DNA of 64,000 nucleotides from Tubulanus polymorphus (Eukaryota; Animalia; Nemertea): the NCBI RefSeq assembly GCF_964204645.1, contig NC_134031.1, positions 14,805,807 through 14,869,806 on the forward strand, read 5' to 3'. Each line of letters opens with the position of its first letter. The stretch's first letter is position 1. The notes below the pieces were generated by a model. That model did not search any database. It saw only the letters and a program-made list of their open reading frames with translations, and was not told the DNA's origin. Shown here in pieces: positions 20,114 through 30,100 of this stretch. A program made the position numbers and the translations under genes.

Positions 20114-21361
20114 CTAATACATAACACTATCTAATTGTGAATTTACAATATTTAATTGCGCGTCAGATATAATATAAATATGCATTTTAAAATTTTTGAT
20201 TCCCTTTTTCTTTGTCATGAATAATTGTATTCCATCTTTAGTGTTCTGTAGTTTTTTTCCAGAACCATGTAATAAGTTATCCTCTGTTGTTCTAAAATCT
20301 AACCATAATGCATATTTATTACCGGTATAATAATCAATTTGATTAATGTTACAATTTTCAAATGATTTTACTTTTTCATTCATAAAATGTTTTTTAATTT
20401 CTACCCATTGATCAATCATTCTCATTCCTTGACAGAATATTTTATTTGCTATACCTTCGATAGTTATTTCTACTTTTGTTATTTCAGGATTATAATAATT
20501 ATCAACATTTATTGCGCCATTAGTATACGTTCCAATGGTAAAAAATATTAATATACCTTTAATAGATCTTCTAGGGAAGTTAATATTCTCATTAATTATT
20601 TCATCATTTGCATTAATAGTAACAGTTTTAAATTTATCAATATAATCATATAATAATGAAAACCCTTGATTATATTTAGTTTGAATTATACTTGAAATAT
20701 TTTCATCAGTTACTGTATCATATTCTAAACATATATTCGATAATTTATAACTCATATCTTTAACAACGCTAGATAATACAATTTCATTTACAGGAGCAAA
20801 TTTTATTTCAAATATAATATCTTCTTGAATTGCGTATTTATATAAAGGTGCATTATTATTTATCAATTCAAAATCTAATGGAATTTTATATTTGCTTCCA
20901 TATATACTTTTTATCAATTTATCTACATCATTAGTTAATATTGCGCTATTAGCTTCTGATCTTAATTTATTTTGGTTTTCTGATTGAATTCCTTGAAATA
21001 TCATATTATTTCTATTTTCTTTAGTTAACCATAAATCTTTATAATGCATAAATAAATTATAATCATCTAATGAGAAAACTGTTTCTGGACCAATCTTTAT
21101 TGTTAACTTTTTAATCAAATATCTTCCAACATTATCAACGACATAATTATTATTATTACCGATTACTTTTATATCAGCTGATAAATAAATACTGTTTGGA
21201 ACATAAAAAGTATTTTGTGTTAATCGAGGGATTCTAACATATAAAGTTTCATCAGGATTAATATTAGAAGGGTTATGAGTAATTATATGATGTGATCTTT
21301 CTGCTTTGATAGCATTAGATATTCTAGAAATCTTAGAAGGACTTATATAACTCCCACTCAT
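20114..21361 (-). CDS. Major capsid protein (double jelly-roll), putative
   Basis: 415 aa with beta-rich patterning (TLYVRIP, IKKLTIKIG, LSNICLEYD, NINFPRRSIKGILIFF, YNPEITKVEITIEG, YALWLDFR). Size and context fit a Polinton MCP. Confidence 0.8.
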   Translation of the reverse strand: MSGSYISPSKISRISNAIKAERSHHIITHNPSNINPDETLYVRIPRLTQNTFYVPNSIYLSADIKVIGNNNNYVVDNVGRYLIKKLTIKIGPETVFSLDDYNLFMHYKDLWLTKENRNNMIFQGIQSENQNKLRSEANSAILTNDVDKLIKSIYGSKYKIPLDFELINNNAPLYKYAIQEDIIFEIKFAPVNEIVLSSVVKDMSYKLSNICLEYDTVTDENISSIIQTKYNQGFSLLYDYIDKFKTVTINANDEIINENINFPRRSIKGILIFFTIGTYTNGAINVDNYYNPEITKVEITIEGIANKIFCQGMRMIDQWVEIKKHFMNEKVKSFENCNINQIDYYTGNKYALWLDFRTTEDNLLHGSGKKLQNTKDGIQLFMTKKKGIKNFKMHIYIISDAQLNIVNSQLDSVMY

Positions 21362-21382
21362 TTATTTAACAAAAAAAATTAA

Positions 21383-23077
21383 TTATTTATTTTTTGATAT
21401 CATATTTACTAAACCAAAAATAATAGCACTTACAACCGTAATTAAAAATAAAATAATATGTTCAGCAGCAAAGTTAATAATGTTTCCTGCAGATTTCAAT
21501 ATAAAACCAACAATTGATGCAATAACTCCTGGCAATGCTGCAGCAGATTTCTTTGATAGTTCCCATAAATATTTTGCTAATTTTTTTAAACCATCTTTAA
21601 CTTTATCTTGTATAGAATTATTATCATTCGGGGGTTTATCCGGTTTATTTGGAGTAGGAGTAGATTTCAAAGCATTTGATATTGCTAAACCAATTGTTGT
21701 AAATAACATAGTTACAGCTGTTAGAATTGAAAGAATTGTTATTCCTTCTAACTTAAATAATAATTTTATTCTGTCTTTTAATGATATTTTAGAATTTGGT
21801 TTAATCAACAAATCTTTAAAAATAACTTTTAATCTATTAATATTATAATCATATGATTTTAATAATAATTTAATTTCTTCTTTTTGTAATTCTATGTTAT
21901 ATTCTAAATCATCTTTTTCTTTTTCTAAACGTAATTCTTTTTGCCTATATTCTATTTCATCAATTACTTGATGATCTAAATCAGACTTTAATTGTTCTAT
22001 TTCTTTATTTTTATCAGTTAATTCTTTTTCTAAAGTTCTAATCTTAAAATCTCTTATACTTTTATCATGCGCAATTTTATCAGCTGATTCTTGCATACCT
22101 TTAATTTCTCTACGTGTTTGTTCAGGAAATGCTTCTAATTCATCATCAGTTAAATCAAATAATCCTTTTTCTAGTAAATATTGCAGTCGATTTATTCCAG
22201 TACTATTCATTTCTTCTTCTGAATCACTTAATCTATTAATTTGTTTTTCTAATTGTAATTGTAATTGTAATTGACTTGAATCATTATCAATTGGTTGAGT
22301 GTCTCTTCTCGATGTTTCGGGTGTTGAAGATCTTAATTTATCTAATCGATTTCTATTCTCTTCCATTTCTGGATCAAAATCAGTAGGATTTGGATTTTTA
22401 AATGGTGAATATTTGTTTATATCAATATTAGGAATTGGTTCTTCTTCATTTACTCTATCGAGTGCATTCCATATAATTCTGAGAAATTCTCTACCACCTT
22501 TTGAACTTTCAATTGTAGATGTTGCTCGCATTCCAGGTTCAAAAATATTTTCTTGACCCATTCTAGATAATTGAATTGATACAGTATTCCTATTTAATTC
22601 AAGATTATAATACCATGCATCATTTTTAAATTCTAAATTATTTGTGAAATATGGGTCATCTTTAAAAATTTGTTCTACAACACCTTCAGTATCAATTTCA
22701 TCTATTACAACTTTTGGTAATAGTTCGTTAACAATTGTATCTGTTACTCTAGATTTCATTTTATATAATTCCATAGGTTTATCAGGATATTTTTCTTGTT
22801 GTTTTTCTAATAGTTCCATAAATTCTTTTCTTTCTCTTCTAGTTGAAATTCTACCCCTTTCAGGAGCTTCTGAATATTTATTTAATTTTTCACGTAATTC
22901 GGGATCATCATCATAATCATCATCATAATCATCATCTTCACCTAAATTAGTATTATATGCTGATTCATCATCATTATCAATATTAGTTTCTGCATCATTA
23001 TAATCATCATCAATATATCCTTCATTATTATTTCCCATTTCTCCCATTTCATAATCTTCTCCACCTTCTACATCCAT
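21383..23077 (-). CDS. Polinton acidic/coiled-coil protein with C-terminal hydrophobic and amphipathic helices (564 aa)
   Basis: D/E-rich N-terminus and heptad region, then GITILSILTAVTMLFTTIGLAI, AAAALPGVIASIVGFIL and IILFLITVVSAIIFGLV. Confidence 0.8.
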   Translation of the reverse strand: MDVEGGEDYEMGEMGNNNEGYIDDDYNDAETNIDNDDESAYNTNLGEDDDYDDDYDDDPELREKLNKYSEAPERGRISTRRERKEFMELLEKQQEKYPDKPMELYKMKSRVTDTIVNELLPKVVIDEIDTEGVVEQIFKDDPYFTNNLEFKNDAWYYNLELNRNTVSIQLSRMGQENIFEPGMRATSTIESSKGGREFLRIIWNALDRVNEEEPIPNIDINKYSPFKNPNPTDFDPEMEENRNRLDKLRSSTPETSRRDTQPIDNDSSQLQLQLQLEKQINRLSDSEEEMNSTGINRLQYLLEKGLFDLTDDELEAFPEQTRREIKGMQESADKIAHDKSIRDFKIRTLEKELTDKNKEIEQLKSDLDHQVIDEIEYRQKELRLEKEKDDLEYNIELQKEEIKLLLKSYDYNINRLKVIFKDLLIKPNSKISLKDRIKLLFKLEGITILSILTAVTMLFTTIGLAISNALKSTPTPNKPDKPPNDNNSIQDKVKDGLKKLAKYLWELSKKSAAALPGVIASIVGFILKSAGNIINFAAEHIILFLITVVSAIIFGLVNMISKNK

Positions 23078-23093
23078 TTACATAATAAAAAAA

Positions 23094-24476
23094 TTAAAAT
23101 TTAAAATATAATATTCCTCCGATTACAATTCCTATACAAGTTATAGCTAATTTAGTATTTTCATGGGATTTATTATCATCATTTAGTTTAATTATATCAT
23201 GTTGAATTTTATCAGTTCTATTATTTTCTGATGTATTGTAATCTTTTATTTTAGAATCATTATTTAATTTAATATTATTAGTTTTAGTTTCAGTTGATTG
23301 AATATGTTTTTTATTTTTTTCACCTTCCATTAATTTTGGAGTAGTAATAATGTTTTTATTTATATCATTTAATCCAAATGAATTATTTATTGTTGCAGTT
23401 TTAATTAGATTATTATAACCAATTATATTTCCCATCTTTAATACTAAATCATTAGAAATAATTAATAGATTAGGGCCTATACAATAATTTAATCTAATAT
23501 GTGATTTATCTAAATAATTTTGATATCTTATAATGTTTTCTGGAATCGATCTATTTTTATCATTATGAATTGAATCTTCAAATAAAACTTTAAATTGTTT
23601 TTGTGTATCAAATGATGTATTCTAATTTCCAATTATCGGTGATCTTGTTTCAACTTGTGATCCTAGAATACATATCAAATAAGTTCTAATAGATTGATTT
23701 ATTCTTTCTATACCTGATTTAGTAAAACCTTCACTATTTTCTAAAATAAAATAAACCCAACCATTATTGTTTTCTTGTTTTAAATTATCATAAAATTTCG
23801 GTAATTTATTGAAATTTAATGTTTCTAAATCCTTTGTTTCTATTTTACCATAACCTAATTTATTATTATAGATATTATAAAAACTATTAGATGGTATGGG
23901 AAGTGCACAATATTCTGCAATCTTTTTAGGGCAAGGAAGTGATCTTATTGTTCCAATTTTTGTTCTAAAATCAGAATTATTCATATCTATATTAAATTCA
24001 TTACAAATCTTATAAAACTTAGATAAATTAATATTATTATCCAATTCTTTGAAATATTTAGATCCTGGTAAAGCGCACTCTAATTCATTTAATATTATTC
24101 TGATTTGAAAGTATGTATGAAATCTAAATAAACTTTGAATTAATTTATATTTAGAATTATTCAAATGATCATTCCAACTAATTCCACATCCTGTTGTTGC
24201 ACAATAAACAGCAAAATTTAATTGATTCTGCCAATACTTCATATTAGATTTTAATAACCATTGTTTTTCATCTTTCAATTTTTTAAAATTAATTAAATAT
24301 ACATGAAATATATTTTCCATCTTTGCATTAAAATTATTAGTTTCAGTAACATAAATTTCTAAATTAGTTAATGAATCTAAAACTTCATTTCTATATGTAA
24401 TATCTTTATTAAAATCTATTGCTGGAATATTATATTTAATTGATTTATTATATTGGAAAGCTTTTGGAAACCCCAT
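23094..24476 (-). pseudogene. Single Polinton gene (about 460 codons, C-terminal TM anchor) interrupted by an in-frame TAG at 23622-23624
   Basis: Reading through the TAG gives ...SPIIGN*NTSFDTQKQFKVLFEDSIH...DLVLKMGNIIGYNN..., joining ORFs 23622-24476 and 23094-23435 in one frame with no other stop. Confidence 0.85.
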
Positions 24477-24492
24477 TTATATAACTAAAAAA

Positions 24493-24924
24493 TTAATAAT
24501 TTATTAATTCTTTTAATAATTTATCTTTTTCAACTGTTATATGACCATTTAAACTTATTATATAATCTAGTGTGTTCTTTAATTTATTAATTTCTTTTAT
24601 ATTAGTTTTAATTTTTTCTTTATTACTTTTTATATTTAATTTTGAACTTATACCAGTTAAAACACTTGAACTTAATCCTAATACACCAATTGATATAGCT
24701 AAAGGTGTTAATGGGCTGAATATTGCTAAAAATGTTATTACAGAACTAATTGTAACCGAACCACTTATAATCAAATAATATATAATTTTACTTTTTAAAT
24801 ATTTTTTCTTTTTAACTTTTAAGTCACTTTCAAATTCTAATATTTGTTTTTCTAAATATGTTTTTAATTTAGTTTTATTTATATCATGAGGAATAATATC
24901 AATACTATCAACTTTATCTTCCAT
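24493..24924 (-). CDS. Polinton two-TM hairpin membrane protein (143 aa)
   Basis: IIYYLIISGSVTISSVITFLAIF and LAISIGVLGLSSSVLTGI, flanked by basic coiled-coil segments. Confidence 0.78.
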   Translation of the reverse strand: MEDKVDSIDIIPHDINKTKLKTYLEKQILEFESDLKVKKKKYLKSKIIYYLIISGSVTISSVITFLAIFSPLTPLAISIGVLGLSSSVLTGISSKLNIKSNKEKIKTNIKEINKLKNTLDYIISLNGHITVEKDKLLKELINY

Positions 24925-24943
24925 TTATTTAGAATAAAAATTA

Positions 24944-25366
24944 CTAATTAGTAAACTTATAAGCAACAAATATAACAATAACTGTTCCACCTAAAATCCA
25001 TATTATTTCATATTTTTGTTGTTCTTTACTTGGGGTATAATAATCTGATAATTTAGGTTTGTATAGATGTAATTTTTCTTTATTGGTTACTGCGTTATAT
25101 AAACTCATTGCATCATCAACTGATTGAAAATCTCTATGTGAAATCTTCTGATCATATAATTCTTTATTGATGTAATCCATATAGTTTTGCCTCTTTTCTC
25201 TATATTCTTCTGCAGCTTTATTGTATTTCTCTAACGCTAAGTTATGTCTTCTTTGTTCTCCTAATGAACTATTTTTATCAATATGTTTAAATAAATAACC
25301 ACCACCAGTAAATGCTAAAGCGTTAACAATTGCCGATCCTATAATAGTTATAATTGCAGAAGCCAT
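24944..25366 (-). CDS. Polinton small protein with N-terminal hydrophobic helix and C-terminal TM (140 aa)
   Basis: MASAIITIIGSAIVNALAFTGGGYLF, ExRRHNLALE and IIWILGGTVIVIFVAY. Confidence 0.78.
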   Translation of the reverse strand: MASAIITIIGSAIVNALAFTGGGYLFKHIDKNSSLGEQRRHNLALEKYNKAAEEYREKRQNYMDYINKELYDQKISHRDFQSVDDAMSLYNAVTNKEKLHLYKPKLSDYYTPSKEQQKYEIIWILGGTVIVIFVAYKFTN

Positions 25367-25391
25367 TTATTTAGCAAAAAAAATTATGCAT

Positions 25392-25613
25392 TTATATGGG
25401 AGGAATATATTTTTGTTTTTCCAAATAATCAATAGTTAAATTAGATAAAGTAACTGCTAATGTTAACTTTAAAATATCATTTATATCAAATCTATCAACA
25501 TTAACACTTCCCATTTTGAATACTTTTTTTAATACCATTGAATAACCAACCGTTCCAACTGATAGTAATGCGCCATTATATAATCCAGTTATTATCCACT
25601 TATTATCACTCAT
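25392..25613 (-). CDS. Polinton small hydrophobic protein (73 aa)
   Basis: Intact ORF whose ATG directly abuts the upstream TAA (TAAATG). Two hydrophobic segments. Confidence 0.72.
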   Translation of the reverse strand: MSDNKWIITGLYNGALLSVGTVGYSMVLKKVFKMGSVNVDRFDINDILKLTLAVTLSNLTIDYLEKQKYIPPI

Positions 25614-25955
25614 TTATTTATCAAAAAAATTACTATCATCAAAATATTTAGTTAACTTATTTATGATTAATTCAACATTTATTTCATTACTAGTTTTATG
25701 ATTATCATATATTTTGGTTAATATGTTTTTAATATCATCAATAATTCCATCTTCATTTAATTCATAATATTCTAAAGGTGATTTAATTAAATCAATTACT
25801 TTTTCTATATCATAATTTTCTTTATCAATCATTGATGCATTGTTAAATGATTTACTTTTTATATCAGTAATTACATCATTTAGTTTAATTCTCATTTCTT
25901 TACCATGTTTAAAATCAAACCCAAAACATATACTCGGTCCAACAGTTATATTCAT
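25614..25955 (-). CDS. Polinton protein of unknown function (113 aa)
   Basis: Intact ORF in a tightly packed block with the shared AATTTTT...TAAATG start context. Confidence 0.7.
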   Translation of the reverse strand: MNITVGPSICFGFDFKHGKEMRIKLNDVITDIKSKSFNNASMIDKENYDIEKVIDLIKSPLEYYELNEDGIIDDIKNILTKIYDNHKTSNEINVELIINKLTKYFDDSNFFDK

Positions 25956-25971
25956 TTATATAGGTGAAAAA

Positions 25972-26733
25972 TTACTCTTTACATCTTATAACTAATTCAT
26001 AAATTACAGGAAAGTTATTCAAATCAATTAAGTATCCATTATGATTTCTAATTTCTAATCTAAAATTATTAAAACTAGGAATGCATGGTTTGAAATCACA
26101 TTCTGTTAAATTATAATTTATTTGCGTTCCAAATTCTTTAACATTCTTCAATGGTAAAATGTTTAGTAAACCAGAATTACAAGTTATATCTTTAGTTGCT
26201 TCGAATGTTTTTGTAGGATCGATTAAATTGCAATAAATATAAAAATGTGTGTAAGGTATTAAGTTTGGTGTAGTAGCGTCAATATTTGTAAAAGATCTAT
26301 CTGGAAGAATTCCTAACAGTTTAGCTATAGGTTTTTTTACCATAATTTTATGTTTTTCACTATTAGACAACCTTATCTTTATTCTATCAGAACTCTCACT
26401 TTTTAAAAATCTAATACTAAACCCAGAACTACTACCTAATTTGTGCCAGGCTTTTCTATTAATTTCTTGTGCTAATGTATCTAAATTATATAACCCCGGT
26501 TTTAAATATATATAGACCCATTCATTTTTATTTTTATTAAAAACTAAAAAGACTCTATGTTCAATAGACTTATCCGATACATTGTAAAAAGAATTACATA
26601 AACTTATATTAACTAATTTTAAATCTACACAATTCTTAAATTCTCTATCTAATTGTACTAGTAAATTATGAGATTTATAATTTGTAAGTTTTCTTGAATC
26701 TACAAATATTCTGTATTCTTTTAATTCTACCAT
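25972..26733 (-). CDS. Minor capsid protein (penton, single jelly-roll), putative
   Basis: IFVDSR, FYNV, LKPGLYN, FYIYCNLID, LLNILP and C-terminal FRLEIRNHNGYLIDLNNFPVIYELVIR are typical of Polinton mCP. Confidence 0.8.
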   Translation of the reverse strand: MVELKEYRIFVDSRKLTNYKSHNLLVQLDREFKNCVDLKLVNISLCNSFYNVSDKSIEHRVFLVFNKNKNEWVYIYLKPGLYNLDTLAQEINRKAWHKLGSSSGFSIRFLKSESSDRIKIRLSNSEKHKIMVKKPIAKLLGILPDRSFTNIDATTPNLIPYTHFYIYCNLIDPTKTFEATKDITCNSGLLNILPLKNVKEFGTQINYNLTECDFKPCIPSFNNFRLEIRNHNGYLIDLNNFPVIYELVIRCKE

Positions 26734-26750
26734 TTATTTTACATATTTTC

Positions 26751-27088
26751 TCATTCGAAATCTATTTCATGGTGCCCTTTTTCATTCTTACCTTTGTATA
26801 CGAAATAGAAATCTCCAGAACATAATTCTTCTAGATCTTCACTTGATAATCTATGAAATCTATCTGGTAAATAAGTTCTGAATTTATATGTATTTCCTTT
26901 TAATCCTTCATATTCTAAGTGTATAACTAATTTATCTCCATATTTATTAGTAATTGTTTCAATGTTAGTAATTAAATATTTCTTGTGAATTGTTAACTCA
27001 GTTAACTGAATTTATAATCTACAGATTTGACGCTTGAAGTATCTTTAATTCTATCTAAGAATTCACTGTGTACTTGTTTACTCTCCAT
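26751..27088 (-). pseudogene. Small Polinton gene (about 112 codons) with a 1-nt frameshift near 27011-27013; absent from the ORF track
   Basis: MESKQVHSEFLDRIKDTSSVKSVDYK, then in the -1 frame IQLTELTIHKKYLITNIETITNKYGDKLVIHLE...TYLPDRF...FYFVYKGKNEKGHHEIDFE*. It has a TAAATG start and fills the gap between pPolB and mCP. Confidence 0.75.
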
Positions 27089-27116
27089 TTATTATACAAA
27101 TTTTTATTGAAATTGA

Positions 27117-30100
27117 TTAACACGCCGCTAGAATCCTTTTCATAATCTCATTTTCTTTTGTTTCTTCTCTTTTGAATTTTATATATTCATCTAAATTGCA
27201 ACCATAGGCGACTGTGTGGATTCCATCATCTAAAATATATCTTTTATCATCAAATGGATTCAAACTTATCTTCTCTATCTCTTCAATATACATTTCATGA
27301 TCTTCAGATCTTAAACATTTCATCTTATGTTTTCTAACTTCTTCATTAAATATACAATTGATATAATCTTTGAAATGAATATTCTTTTCAACAACGCTTT
27401 TGGTAATTCCTTTTAACTTTTTAGCTTCATGTTCTTTAGTTTTATATGAATACATTTTAGATCTAATACCAATGAACTCTATCATTTCTTCACCACCTAA
27501 TTCATCCTTAAACTTCCCTGGAACTTTTTTATTATCATTGCTAAACAATTCATGATTTTTAGGATAGTTACTGAAATCAAAATGATGTTTTAATGTTTTT
27601 AAATCATCAGTTATGTTATCAGTTTTTATCTTTAATCTGTAAGAATCTGTATCAAAATATAATATTTCTATGTGTTTTTCTCCAAAATGAGGTTGTAATA
27701 TATTATAATAGAATTCATACATTAGTAATTTTGATAACTCTAAAACTGCAGCTCCAACATAAATCGGTTTATTGAACTTCATAGAAGTTCTTTTTAATTT
27801 AACTGCTGCTAAATTTTCATCGAATATTCTATTACCTATAAATTTCGGATACGATTGTAAATGCCTTATCCTTTTACCATTACTAACTAACTCAATATCA
27901 TTTCTATTTCTTATGTTTTCACAAGTCTTACCATAGAATGCATTATTCATTAGTTTGAAGAAATCTTTCTCGAAATCAGTTTTAGATTTAGTTCTCTGTG
28001 TAGTATTAAAATCTATATATTTTTCTAACCATTTAGATTGACTGAATGAAATATATCTATGTACTTTTTTTAATATCATTCCTTGTCTCAAATAAAACTT
28101 CAACATTCTATAATGCACAACGTAATTATATTTACCTTCTTGAGTTACCATTAACTTTTCAGTATGAATATGATTATCGGGTTTAATTCTTTTTTGATAA
28201 TTTGATAATTCTTCATGTTTAACAGTTTTATGTTCGGGACAGTAAGCTAGATTTCTAGATTTGAATTTAATATTTTCAGGGTATTCTAAATCTACAACAA
28301 AGAAGTAACCAGTATCTGAATCATCTACAATATCTAGGATTCTTTTCTTCCAATCAAATTTATCAATTTGTAAAACTTCAGTTATTTCAAACATTCCATA
28401 AGGTTGTGGTTCCATCATTGCCCAACCATAAAGATTATTTGCATCTATGTATAATAATTTATATCCAGGATTATCATTTACATTGAAATATCTATCACCT
28501 AATACACCTGAAACACCTCCTCTTATAGATTTTTCAAATAATAGTAATTGATCTATATTTGTTAACAAATCCATTTCTATATCTGTAAATTCTAATCCAC
28601 AATCCCATGTTAATCCTGGTGATGAATAACAATGACAAGGATCAATATTGAAATATTTTAGGTTTACATCTCTAAACCTTTCGAATATATCGGTTAATAA
28701 TAATACATCTGATTTTAAATATAAATCTACTAATTGCCCATGATTTTCTATTTTGAAATGATTCCAAATATTCAATGTTCTATTATAGACTTCATCTTTA
28801 ACATATTCATTTTTTAATTCATCATAGAATTGTTCTTTTAATAATTCAGTTATATTAAAATCATTATGATTTTTATAGAAAGAATATGGAATCGCTCCTT
28901 TATATCTCATTAATTGGAAATCATCATTATTTGGGTAATATTCTTTTAATATCTTTAATTCATCATCAACTAATGATTTTGATAAGTTATCTAATGAACT
29001 ACTTAAAAATCTATATGAATCTATAAATCTTAGACAACCAAATTGGAATGATATATAATTCTCAGATGTTTTAGCTAACATTCTAAATTTATAAGTTGGT
29101 ATTTTATCTTTTGATCTATTTGAATTTAATATTTCTATTTCATTATTGATTTCTTCTATTTTATAACATAACTGTTTGATAAATAAATGTGCATCATACC
29201 CCGATAGATTATGAAATATAACTGGTACAAAGTTAATTTTCTTAGCTTGTAAGTTACAATTCTCATGTGCAGCGCCTCTAAACTTTCCATTCAAATGATC
29301 ATGGTCTCTTACTTTTTTATCTTTATAATTAAATATCTTTTCACAATAATAACATTCATCTGCAAACGCAAATTCTTCTTTATCTTCTTCTGTCATTATA
29401 ATTTCTATGTTTTTATTTAACTTTTCATTAAATCTTATTTCATATTCAATTAATAAGTCACAAAAATGATTGATAACATTTTCATTTCTGTAATCATAAT
29501 ATTCACTTTTAATTAGTTCTGGATAATTAGATTTAATATATAACCCGAAAGCTGCAGCTGATTGATGAATCTTTTTAATTGTATTTGTTATTGGTGGTTC
29601 ATCTGAAAAATCATTTTCATTAGAATTTAATTTCTTTCTTTTATAATATATATCTTTTCTATCTTTATCTGTTAATTCTTTATTTAATGATTCAAAATCT
29701 CCATATATTACAAATGGTACTTTATTTTTGTAATCATATTTTTTGAATTCTAATATTTTATCTTTTTCATTTGGTAAAACTAATTTACAATAATCATGAT
29801 TTTCACATAATTGTTTATGATTTAATAATGCACTTTCAGTTCTGAATTTATGTAAACATTTTCTACATAGATATATTTTATTATCAAAATCATTTTCTGA
29901 TTTAAAAAATAAATCAATTCTTTTAATCCACATATAATGATTCTCATAATATAGTATATCTATAACATCATTTGAATCATAATATTTTGATAGGTATAAA
30001 GGTTCTAATGTATAATGTTTAATATTATTTCCTTTTGTATTTGGTAATTTGATTAAATCAAATACATTTATCTTTATATTATTATCTCTTTCTATTTTTG

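Noticed and set aside
21480-22916. Plus-strand ORFs inside the Polinton minus-strand block (also 24572, 27593, and minus-strand 14708, 15481, 17147)
   Set aside because: These are antisense shadows of real genes and lack the TAAATG start context.
21340-26000. T-tracts before structural genes as splice/trans-splice acceptors or TTTTTNT terminators
   Set aside because: Most lack an AG before the ATG and not all fit TTTTTNT. They were kept only as an unexplained motif.
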